From: an uncultured Erysipelotrichaceae bacterium | GTDB taxonomy: Bacteria > Bacillota_I > Bacilli_A > RFN20 > CAG-826 | Length of the DNA: 64,000 nucleotides | Direction: 5' to 3' | Assembly: GCA_900314585.1 (NCBI GenBank) | Contig: OMVV01000001.1 | Location: forward strand, 8,613 to 72,612 | Shown here: positions 54,462 to 62,550 of the stretch, one piece after another | How the letters are laid out: every line of letters begins with the position of its first letter | How positions within the stretch are numbered: the stretch's first letter is position 1 | Position numbers and translations under genes: made by a program | Notes under the pieces: model-generated | Database searches by the model: none | What the model saw: only the letters and a program-made list of their open reading frames with translations | Told to the model about the DNA's origin: nothing

Positions 54462-55530
54462 ATAATTGTTTAGCCATTTCCTTAAGGCTATTATCAGACA
54501 ATAAATCATGCAACTTATCGTAAGAATCGATGGTTGCATTTTTTAAATAAAAGTAAATGCGATTAATAATCTCATCATTGATATTGCGAGCTTTGAGATA
54601 TTCTTCCTCTTTTAAACCGTTAAGCTGCTCTTCAATAACAGTTAAGGTTTGACGTCTAAGCATCGCGATAATAGATGTTTCAATCCAATAACTAAACTCC
54701 GTGTTTTCATAGATATTTTCAAAAGGTTTTATCTTTAGATAAAGTTCTTCTCCATCTCCAACGTTATGCCAAATATCAGAGAAGATATAATCGTATTTCT
54801 TCTTGTTGTTTTTAAGATATTTAATTCCATCTTCATTAATGATGTTAATTTTCTTAATGTTAGGAAATTTATCTTTTAGATGTTTGTTAAATAAAGAAAT
54901 AACTCTAGGATCAATTTCGACAACGTCAATTTCGGTGACATCTTTTTTGTTAGAAATATGGTATAGATAATAACCAAGTCCTAAACCGAGCACCAAGACA
55001 CGTCCATGAGCTGTTTTAATGTGTTCTTTCATCGTATTGATTTCGTGAGGAATAACACTCATCCAAATTGAATCGTTTTCGATGACAGCAGGGTAGACAA
55101 AATCCTTTTCAAAATAAGATAAAGGAGTGTGTTCGGAATATGTTTTATGATTGATAATTAATTCATCAGAAACAAAGCCTTCAAATGCGTTGTATTGAAG
55201 CCTCAGAAACTGCCAATTTCCTTCTTTCGCGTTGATATTTTTTATAGCTTGGAAATAAGGATCTTTTTGGAAATCCTCAATCGATAATTTAGTAATTTTA
55301 TCGAGATGACAAACATTATTAATTTCCGAAAATTCCTTGTCGTTTTTCTCAATCTCTAGAGCATCTAAAAACTTGGCAAAAAAGTCATTTTCATCATTTG
55401 CTGAAGTGATATCGTTATAGTGATTCAGAAGATACTCATTATAGATTTCTGCAGCGCAAATATTTTGCTCTTTTACGTGCAATAACTCTGCAAATTTCGA
55501 ATATTCTTCTTTATTTAACGAGATTTTCAT
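54451..55530 (-). CDS. class I SAM-dependent methyltransferase / spermidine-synthase-fold protein with an unknown 170-aa N-terminal domain
   Basis: VLVLGLGLGYY (GxGxG), VVEIDPRVI and DYIFSDIW are present. Confidence 0.55.
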   Translation of the reverse strand: MKISLNKEEYSKFAELLHVKEQNICAAEIYNEYLLNHYNDITSANDENDFFAKFLDALEIEKNDKEFSEINNVCHLDKITKLSIEDFQKDPYFQAIKNINAKEGNWQFLRLQYNAFEGFVSDELIINHKTYSEHTPLSYFEKDFVYPAVIENDSIWMSVIPHEINTMKEHIKTAHGRVLVLGLGLGYYLYHISNKKDVTEIDVVEIDPRVISLFNKHLKDKFPNIKKINIINEDGIKYLKNNKKKYDYIFSDIWHNVGDGEELYLKIKPFENIYENTEFSYWIETSIIAMLRRQTLTVIEEQLNGLKEEEYLKARNINDEIINRIYFYLKNATIDSYDKLHDLLSDNSLKEMAKQLFKV

Positions 55531-56462
55531 TTAATAAATTTATTCACAAAAGATGTGAGAATTTTTTTGTATTCTTCTTTATTATCAATGACACAAGCGG
55601 TGTGTCCGGATTTCTCGAAAATGTATTTCTCTTGATAGATATTTTCTGGAATTGTTTTTGAAATTTTGTTGATGTTTTCGGTTGGAACGTAATTATCTTT
55701 TCCACCATGGAACATCAAGATAGGAATGCGGAGATTTTTTGCTCTTTTTTCAATCGGGTGTCCATATGAAAAATGATAAACAAGTTTTGTGTAAAGTTCG
55801 GCGACATTTACAATCCATTTTCCAGCAAAATAATTGCGAGACGACATGATGTAGTGGAGTTGCTTTCTTAAGTGTGAATAACCACAATCTTCAATGACAC
55901 ATTTGACGTTTGGACTTAGCTTTTTATCAGTAGCTGCTCTCATTACGATGTGTGCGCCCATCGAAATTCCATAAAGTGCAATTTGATAATTTGGATTTCT
56001 TTCAAGCATTTTATTAATCCAATCAAGTACATCGCGAGCTTCTTTTTTACCCATTGAGAAGCTTTTACCTTCACTTGTATCGTGGCAGCGGTTATTGATA
56101 CAAAGGACATCAAAGCCATTTTCATAAAAGATTCGAGCTTGCGAAACGACTGAGTAATAGCGTCCATGATAGCCGTGCACTAAAATGGCTAATTTATTCG
56201 AATTATTATTTAAGAAATATCCTTTTAAGTTTAATTTATCATAACTAACTAAAGTTAACTCTTCTAATTTTTGGTCAAAAAACCATATTCTATCTGGTGC
56301 TTTCTTGGCTCTAGGATCTTCATTTTTAGCAAAATCTGCATCGCCTTCTCTTCTTCTAAAAGTGACATTGAAAAAGATTGTGCCGTTGATGAAAAACCAA
56401 ATTATGAAAGTAACAACAAAAGCACTTAGTGAAATAATTAAGACGATTAACCAAATTGGCAT
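55527..56462 (-). CDS. membrane-anchored alpha/beta hydrolase
   Basis: N-terminal TM helix, HGYHG and nucleophile elbow GISMGAH. The stop overlaps the downstream start (ATGA). Confidence 0.8.
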   Translation of the reverse strand: MPIWLIVLIISLSAFVVTFIIWFFINGTIFFNVTFRRREGDADFAKNEDPRAKKAPDRIWFFDQKLEELTLVSYDKLNLKGYFLNNNSNKLAILVHGYHGRYYSVVSQARIFYENGFDVLCINNRCHDTSEGKSFSMGKKEARDVLDWINKMLERNPNYQIALYGISMGAHIVMRAATDKKLSPNVKCVIEDCGYSHLRKQLHYIMSSRNYFAGKWIVNVAELYTKLVYHFSYGHPIEKRAKNLRIPILMFHGGKDNYVPTENINKISKTIPENIYQEKYIFEKSGHTACVIDNKEEYKKILTSFVNKFIK

Positions 56463-56544
56463 ATCAACATTATAGATTACTTTGCTTGTTATCTCACTGA
56501 AAAGTTTTCTTTTAAGAAAGGCAATTGTTTGTTAATATCTAAAT

Positions 56545-57690
56545 ATGTCCAAAAAAGAGAAAATTGTCGAAAAACAGAATCTTAAGATTCAAGACATGTA
56601 TTCTTTTAATGCCTCTTATTTAAGAGTGTATCAATTTGAACTCAACCAGAAAAAAGAGAAAACTCTCGAATCTTTAAAATCGACATTAAATAAAGAAGGT
56701 TTGAAAGCAAAAGAAGCTGAACTTGATGGAATCAATAAGGCGAAACTTGCTAAAAAAGCCGAACAGTTAGAAAAGAAAGTCGAGAAGAAAAAACAAAAAT
56801 TCGAAAACAAAAACACGATTAATTCTCGTCGTATTTGGGAAATTGACTTTATTCGTGGTCTTGTCATCATTGGTATGCTCATCGATCATTTCTTCTTTGA
56901 TTTCTTAGGTATTTTCACTAAATCAAACTTCATCAATTTACCTGAGTTTTACTTAAATATTGGTCAATTCGCTCAACTATATTGGGTACATCCAGTAAGA
57001 GTAACATTTAGATTTATCGGATTATTCTTCCTGTTGTTCCTTTCTGGAATATCCACGCATTTCTCGAAGAATTCATTGAAAAGATCAGCTTTTGTTATTG
57101 GAGCAGGCTTTATTATTTCAGCTGCTTTTGTCGTTGTGGCGGTGGTAACATCCGCTTACGATGACCTCGTCATTATGGGTGCAGTCGCTTGTATTGGCGT
57201 ATGTATGCTCATATATTCGCTATACAAGATGGCGTTTTATCGTTTTAAGAAAGTATATAAGTGGCTAACACTTGGAATTGCTTTAGCAATTTTGATTAGC
57301 TGGATATTCATTTCTTATGACGCCGCGACAGATAAGTCGAATTTCTTGTTCTATTACAACGGTTACGCTCGATCGATTGAGATTGTCCGCTACAAAAATG
57401 TTGGTCAAAATCTCGGCGGAATCCTTTTAGGCACCAAATATTTTGGTAGCGATTGGATGGGACTTTTCCCTAATTTAGGTTATTTCTTCCTTGGCGGATT
57501 TGTCGGAGAAACAGTTTATAAAAACCGTAAATCATTGCTTGGAAAATATAATGAAAAATTCAATCGTTCAACCCTCGCAGTTGTCGTACCAGGAAGATAT
57601 TCCTTATGGTTTTACTTATTACATCAGTTAATTTATATTATCATTATAGGTGGCTTAGCCTTACTAATGGGAGCTCAAATCAATTTCTAA
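56545..57690 (+). CDS. DUF1624 / HGSNAT-like membrane acyltransferase-family protein with a Lys-rich coiled-coil N-terminus
   Basis: RRIWEIDFIRGLVIIGMLIDHF resembles the DUF1624 entry motif. It is followed by about 8 TM helices. Confidence 0.55.
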   Translation: MSKKEKIVEKQNLKIQDMYSFNASYLRVYQFELNQKKEKTLESLKSTLNKEGLKAKEAELDGINKAKLAKKAEQLEKKVEKKKQKFENKNTINSRRIWEIDFIRGLVIIGMLIDHFFFDFLGIFTKSNFINLPEFYLNIGQFAQLYWVHPVRVTFRFIGLFFLLFLSGISTHFSKNSLKRSAFVIGAGFIISAAFVVVAVVTSAYDDLVIMGAVACIGVCMLIYSLYKMAFYRFKKVYKWLTLGIALAILISWIFISYDAATDKSNFLFYYNGYARSIEIVRYKNVGQNLGGILLGTKYFGSDWMGLFPNLGYFFLGGFVGETVYKNRKSLLGKYNEKFNRSTLAVVVPGRYSLWFYLLHQLIYIIIIGGLALLMGAQINF

Positions 57691-57691
57691 T

Positions 57692-59320
57692 ATGAGAGAA
57701 GATATCGCTTGTAAAAAAGAACAAACAATCTATGAGACGATTCTTTCGAGTGCTCAACGTTTTAAGAAACAAACCGCTCTTATTTATATGTTTCATAAGT
57801 TCACTTATGAACATCTTATTAAGCGCGTCAATCAGTTCGCTGCAGCTTTAAAGGATTTAGGTGTTAAAGAAGACGAAGTTGTTACTGTTTGTTTACCAAA
57901 TATTCCTGATGCTGTTTATTTGCTTTATGCAATTAACCAAATCGGCGCGACCGCAAATATTGTTCACCCATCATATAACTACAATCAAATGCTAGAAAAT
58001 GTTGGTTTGACTAAGTCAAAACTCTTATTCTGCCTTGATTTAAACTATCAAATGTTTAGACCACTTAATTCCGAAGGCGTAAGAGTTATCGCTTGTTCAC
58101 CAACTAACGAACTAACAGTTATTGAAAAGGCTGTTTATCATTATCAAAACCGTAAGAAAATCGGTAAGATCGATAATAAAAACACAACTAAACCATTCTT
58201 CTTCAAACGAAGAACATTTAAATACGACACCCGTTATAAACGTGATTCGGTCTTACTTAATAGTGGTGGAACCTCAGGAAAAGCCAAGATTATTGCTCTT
58301 TCATCATTTGCAATGAACGCTTTAGCGCATTATGGCCCATGGATCATTGACGTTGATGATGGTAAAGATATTGGCATGTTTGCGGTTTTACCAATGTTCC
58401 ATGGTTTTGGTTTAGAGATGGGCGTTCATATCATGCTCTCCTTTGGAGCGGTTTCTGTCTTGATGCCAAAATTCAACCGTGATCAAACCATCAAATACAT
58501 CAAGAAAAACAAAATCCAAATCATGATTGGTATTCCAATAATTTATGAAGCATTGCTTACCAAAAAGAAATTTAATGGCAAGATGCTTCGCAACTTAAAT
58601 ATTGCCTTCGTTGGTGGAGACTTTGTCTCAACCAATCTTCTTAAAAACTTCAACCAGTTGATGATTGAAAATAAATCCAAATGCCGTTTAAGAGAAGGTT
58701 ATGGTTTAACCGAAACCGTTTGTGTTTGTGCGGTTAATACCCATCATCACAATAAACCTGCTACATCAGGTATGGCTCTTCCGAATGTGAAATTCAAAGT
58801 CATCGATCCAAAGACCATGAAAGATGTTGGCTATGGCACAGAAGGTGAACTTTGCATCGCGGGTGAAACACTCATGAACGGATACGTCTATGCTGATGAT
58901 CCAAAAGCCAACGAAAAAGTCTTCTTCTATGATGAAGATGGAACAAAGTGGCTTAGAACTGGTGACTTTGTCAGTTTAGATAACGAAAATTATGTTTCCT
59001 TTAAGCAACGCTTAAAAAGAATCATTAAAGTCTCAGGTATTCCTGTCTTCCCATCGATGGTCGAAGATAGCGCATGTGCCTTCTCATTCGTGTATGAATG
59101 TGCTGCAATAGGCGTACCTGATCAAAAACACGGTCATATCATCAAATTATTTGTTGTCTTGCACCGTGAATATAAAGGCACTCAAGAAGCAGCGAAAAAA
59201 GCTATTGAAGATAAAATCGTTGCTGACCTTGGCATTTATGCCAAACCAAAAGAAGTCGTTTTCATCGATCGCTTACCACATACCTTTGTTGGTAAAATCG
59301 ATGTTAATAAATTAAGTTAA
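57692..59320 (+). CDS. AMP-dependent synthetase/ligase (fatty-acyl-CoA ligase-like)
   Basis: NSGGTSGKAKII (AMP-binding P-loop variant), EGYGLTET, TGDF and KQRLKRIIKVSG are present. Confidence 0.85.
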   Translation: MREDIACKKEQTIYETILSSAQRFKKQTALIYMFHKFTYEHLIKRVNQFAAALKDLGVKEDEVVTVCLPNIPDAVYLLYAINQIGATANIVHPSYNYNQMLENVGLTKSKLLFCLDLNYQMFRPLNSEGVRVIACSPTNELTVIEKAVYHYQNRKKIGKIDNKNTTKPFFFKRRTFKYDTRYKRDSVLLNSGGTSGKAKIIALSSFAMNALAHYGPWIIDVDDGKDIGMFAVLPMFHGFGLEMGVHIMLSFGAVSVLMPKFNRDQTIKYIKKNKIQIMIGIPIIYEALLTKKKFNGKMLRNLNIAFVGGDFVSTNLLKNFNQLMIENKSKCRLREGYGLTETVCVCAVNTHHHNKPATSGMALPNVKFKVIDPKTMKDVGYGTEGELCIAGETLMNGYVYADDPKANEKVFFYDEDGTKWLRTGDFVSLDNENYVSFKQRLKRIIKVSGIPVFPSMVEDSACAFSFVYECAAIGVPDQKHGHIIKLFVVLHREYKGTQEAAKKAIEDKIVADLGIYAKPKEVVFIDRLPHTFVGKIDVNKLS

Positions 59321-59330
59321 GGAGTAAGTT

Positions 59331-59459
59331 ATGGTCGAAAAATATCGTTGCCAAATCTGCGGACAAGTCGTTGTCCCAGCTGCTGATGGTAGCTGCCCAA
59401 TCTGTGGCGCACCACATGACATGCTTGTCAAAATCGAAAATCCTGACGAAGAAAAATAA
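59331..59459 (+). CDS. 42-aa rubredoxin-like zinc-ribbon mini-protein (absent from the ORF track)
   Basis: SD AAGGAG lies 7 nt upstream of the ATG. Translation is MVEKYRCQICGQVVVPAADGSCPICGAPHDMLVKIENPDEEK*, giving CxxC-N11-CxxC. Confidence 0.6.
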   Translation: MVEKYRCQICGQVVVPAADGSCPICGAPHDMLVKIENPDEEK

Positions 59460-59461
59460 GT

Positions 59462-60724
59462 ATGTTGATCTTATTCAAAAATGCCAGAATTTTAAGCATG
59501 CAAGATGATAAAATCATCTTCGGCGAACTTTTAGTTAAGGACAACAAGATTGCCTATATCGGTGAAAAATGTCCTAATAAGGATGTTGATAAAGTCATTG
59601 ATTGTGAAGGTAATTTATTGATGCCTGGTTTTAAAAACGCTCACGCTCATACAGCGATGGTGTTTGCTCGAAGCGCTTCTGATGACCTTCCTCTTCATGA
59701 TTGGTTAACTAAAGCAATTTTCCCAATGGAAGCTCGCTTTATAAAAGATGATATCTATCATTTAACTAAATGTGGCATTTTAGAATATCTTTCTGGTGGA
59801 ATTACCGCTGCATCAGATATGTATTTTGCGGTTCCTGAAATTGTCAAAGCCTCAGAAGAAATGGGGATTAGAAACGTCTTAGTAGCCACCTCACTTAGTG
59901 AACCAGTTTCTCTTTTAAGAGAAAGATATCAAAATTTAAATAAGAAAGATTCTTTAATTTCTTATCGTCTTGGTATCCATGCTGAATACACAACTCCAAA
60001 AGAAAGAATCGTTGAAATTGCTAAACTCGCGAATGAGCTTCACGCAGAAGTCGCGCTTCATATTGGTGAGACCGAGCACGAAGTTCAAGGATGCGTTGAT
60101 CGATATGGTGAAACGCCAATTAAATTCCTAGATTCTCTTGGACTATTTAATTACGGTGGAATTGCTTATCACGCGAACTTCTTCACCGATGAAGAGATTA
60201 AGATTTGTAAAAAGCGCAATATCAAGATTGTTACTTGTCCAGGTTCAAATGGCAAACTCGCCAGTGGAATTTGCCCAGTTTCTAAATATTTAGAAAATGG
60301 TTTAACACTTGGTATTGGTACCGATGGAGCAGGTTCAAACAATTCCTTAGATATGTTTAAAGAAATGTATCTAGTGTCCATCCTGCAAAAATTATCCTAC
60401 AAGGATGCATCCAAAATGGATGGCTTTGAAGTGCTAAAGATGGCAACAGTGGGATCTGCTAAAGTTTTAGGGCTTAATGATGCGGATGTTCTTAAGGAAG
60501 GAAAGCTAGCTGATATCATCATGATCGATTTAAAAAATCCAGCAATGCAACCTCTTAATAATATCGCGAAAAATATCGTCTATTCCGGTTCAAAAGATAT
60601 CGTGAAAATGACGATGGTTAATGGCAAAATTCTTTATTATGATCATAAGTTCTTCATAAATGAAGATGTTGATAAAATTTATCGAAAGGCTCAAGAGATT
60701 ACCGATCGATTGAAAAGAGGTTAA
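59462..60724 (+). CDS. amidohydrolase, MTA/SAH (or related nucleoside) deaminase-like
   Basis: PGFKNAHAHTAM (HxH), HIGETEHE and GIGTDGAGSNNSLDM are present. Confidence 0.75.
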   Translation: MLILFKNARILSMQDDKIIFGELLVKDNKIAYIGEKCPNKDVDKVIDCEGNLLMPGFKNAHAHTAMVFARSASDDLPLHDWLTKAIFPMEARFIKDDIYHLTKCGILEYLSGGITAASDMYFAVPEIVKASEEMGIRNVLVATSLSEPVSLLRERYQNLNKKDSLISYRLGIHAEYTTPKERIVEIAKLANELHAEVALHIGETEHEVQGCVDRYGETPIKFLDSLGLFNYGGIAYHANFFTDEEIKICKKRNIKIVTCPGSNGKLASGICPVSKYLENGLTLGIGTDGAGSNNSLDMFKEMYLVSILQKLSYKDASKMDGFEVLKMATVGSAKVLGLNDADVLKEGKLADIIMIDLKNPAMQPLNNIAKNIVYSGSKDIVKMTMVNGKILYYDHKFFINEDVDKIYRKAQEITDRLKRG

Positions 60725-60727
60725 GTT

Positions 60728-61228
60728 ATGTTAGATAAAGCTAGTTTAGAAAAGATGTTACAGCACTCTCTCAAAGTCAAAAAAGTGTTGTTTATTATCT
60801 CGATGTGTTTATATGGTTTAGCTGCTGCTCTTTTAGCTACATATGTTGCCTTAAAAGTCAGCGGTTATGATGTTTTACTTATGCCAGATTACTTTGAAGA
60901 CATTACTTTAACACTTGTGTTATTTGATTTCTTCTCAACCGCCCTTTCAGGAGCGATCGTTACTTTACTTTTCTCTCGCCTTATTTTTGCTAGACGTGCG
61001 ATTGTTTATAAAGCTATGCTTGATAATTATGATCAAACCTACGCAAAACAAGCCCAAACTTGGAATTCAAAACCATCAGCGACACCAATCGTTGATGTTA
61101 AGCCAGTTGAAAAACCAAAAGGCAAATACGATGATTTGATCAATGAATATCAGAAATTATACGAACAAGGACTGATATCCAAAGAATCATTCGAAGCGAA
61201 AAAGAAGGAACTTGAATCCTTGAATTAG
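60728..61228 (+). CDS. membrane protein with a C-terminal SHOCT-like domain
   Basis: Two TM helices, and a tail YQKLYEQGLISKESFEAKKKEL that looks like a SHOCT motif. Confidence 0.55.
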   Translation: MLDKASLEKMLQHSLKVKKVLFIISMCLYGLAAALLATYVALKVSGYDVLLMPDYFEDITLTLVLFDFFSTALSGAIVTLLFSRLIFARRAIVYKAMLDNYDQTYAKQAQTWNSKPSATPIVDVKPVEKPKGKYDDLINEYQKLYEQGLISKESFEAKKKELESLN

Positions 61229-61232
61229 TAAA

Positions 61233-61260
61233 GAAAGACCCAATAGGGTCTTCTTCTTTT
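61233..61260. terminator. bidirectional terminator between convergent genes
   Basis: AAGACCC-aata-GGGTCTT flanked by A-rich and T-rich runs. Confidence 0.8.
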
Positions 61261-61269
61261 AATTATTTC

Positions 61270-62343
61270 TTATTGTTTCTCAGCAAACTTAAGGAAGTTT
61301 TCTAAGTAAACATTGTGATATTTTTCGGCGGCTTCGTGATTCCACATTGGATAAGTTCCATATAATGTGACATCACTTGTTGGCACTGATAAACCTTTAA
61401 GAACTTTTTGTTCAACTTTTGCATCGATATAGCTAAGAGCAGAAAGTCTTTCATTCGTGAAATATGAATTAGAGACAACGTAGCCATCTCCTGAGGCTTC
61501 TAATGAATCATTGAAGGAAACACATCCAGAGAGGAAATTAACACCCGCTATATTTCCTTGAATAATGAAGAACGTTGGAACGTAGCCATTATCATAGCCA
61601 TATGTAGGGTTATGTTTCATGGATAAACCATAATCATCTTTAAATGTTTGCCATTGTTCAGCGTTATAGTTACCTTCATCATCCAAACGAATATCGGTTT
61701 GATCACAATCTAACAAATAGATTTTTTTCGAATAACTAGGATTAGATTTGCTCCAATCTTTAAGGAAATGAGACTCGATATAACCGCAGTCTCCACAAGT
61801 GGAACGACCGAAGTAGATGATGTTCTTTTCTTCGGTGCGATAAAGTCGATTAACATCATCTAGCGAAACATAATAAATACGCGGGAAGTTAACCATCGAT
61901 GTCATAAATGACATAAATGATTCATATTTCTTTAAAGTATCACTATCAGAAGTGGTGACGCATTTTTTAACTTTGCCTTCTTCAAAGATCGCAAAAGTAA
62001 CGTTTCCTTGAATGATTTCGATGTCGAATCTATTCTCATGTGCGTCTAAATCTTCAAGCTTAATGTGATACACCTGAACATGTTGTTCTTCGGTGAACTT
62101 ATCTAAGACCGGTTTTGCTTCATGGCTCCAGCAGATGCAGCCATCGGAATATTGAACCACTAAAAGGAAGGTTTGTTTTGAATCGACCTTTTCTTTTAAT
62201 TTATCGTATGAAACAGTGTTCACACTCGCATGTAAATCACCATACATTAAATCAACCTTGTTATTGCCACTTGAACAACCACCTAAAAAAGCGACGCTGG
62301 CAAGGAGTAAATTTGCTGATAGAAATAGCGGAATTTTTTTCAT
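61270..62343 (-). CDS. lipoprotein with two thioredoxin-fold-like halves
   Basis: Lipobox AFLGG-C (Cys23). The first half has LLVVQYSDGCICW and the second has IIYFGRSTCGDCGY (CxxC). Confidence 0.6.
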   Translation of the reverse strand: MKKIPLFLSANLLLASVAFLGGCSSGNNKVDLMYGDLHASVNTVSYDKLKEKVDSKQTFLLVVQYSDGCICWSHEAKPVLDKFTEEQHVQVYHIKLEDLDAHENRFDIEIIQGNVTFAIFEEGKVKKCVTTSDSDTLKKYESFMSFMTSMVNFPRIYYVSLDDVNRLYRTEEKNIIYFGRSTCGDCGYIESHFLKDWSKSNPSYSKKIYLLDCDQTDIRLDDEGNYNAEQWQTFKDDYGLSMKHNPTYGYDNGYVPTFFIIQGNIAGVNFLSGCVSFNDSLEASGDGYVVSNSYFTNERLSALSYIDAKVEQKVLKGLSVPTSDVTLYGTYPMWNHEAAEKYHNVYLENFLKFAEKQ

Positions 62344-62402
62344 TTGGCTTATTATACAATTTTATATTAATATTATTCAAGAAATTATAAATGAATATAG
62401 AT

Positions 62403-62418
62403 GGGGGTTATAACCCCC
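62403..62418. repeat. perfect 16-bp palindrome GGGGGTTATAACCCCC flanked by direct TAGAT repeats
   Basis: Read directly as TAGAT-GGGGGTTATAACCCCC-TAGAT (62398-62423), in an otherwise AT-rich divergent intergenic region. Confidence 0.6.
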
Positions 62419-62453
62419 TAGATATTAGTTAAGAAAATTAATTAAAAAAATTA

Positions 62454-62482
62454 TTGCAAGAAAAGGCAACAATCTTTATATT
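62454..62482 (+). promoter_or_regulatory. candidate sigma-A promoter for potA
   Basis: TTGCAA, a 17-nt spacer, then TATATT. Confidence 0.35.
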
Positions 62483-62550
62483 ATTTTTTGACTTAAAAAT
62501 TATTTAAGTGAAATTCTCTTATTTATTGATTCAGTTATGGAGGGTAGCTT

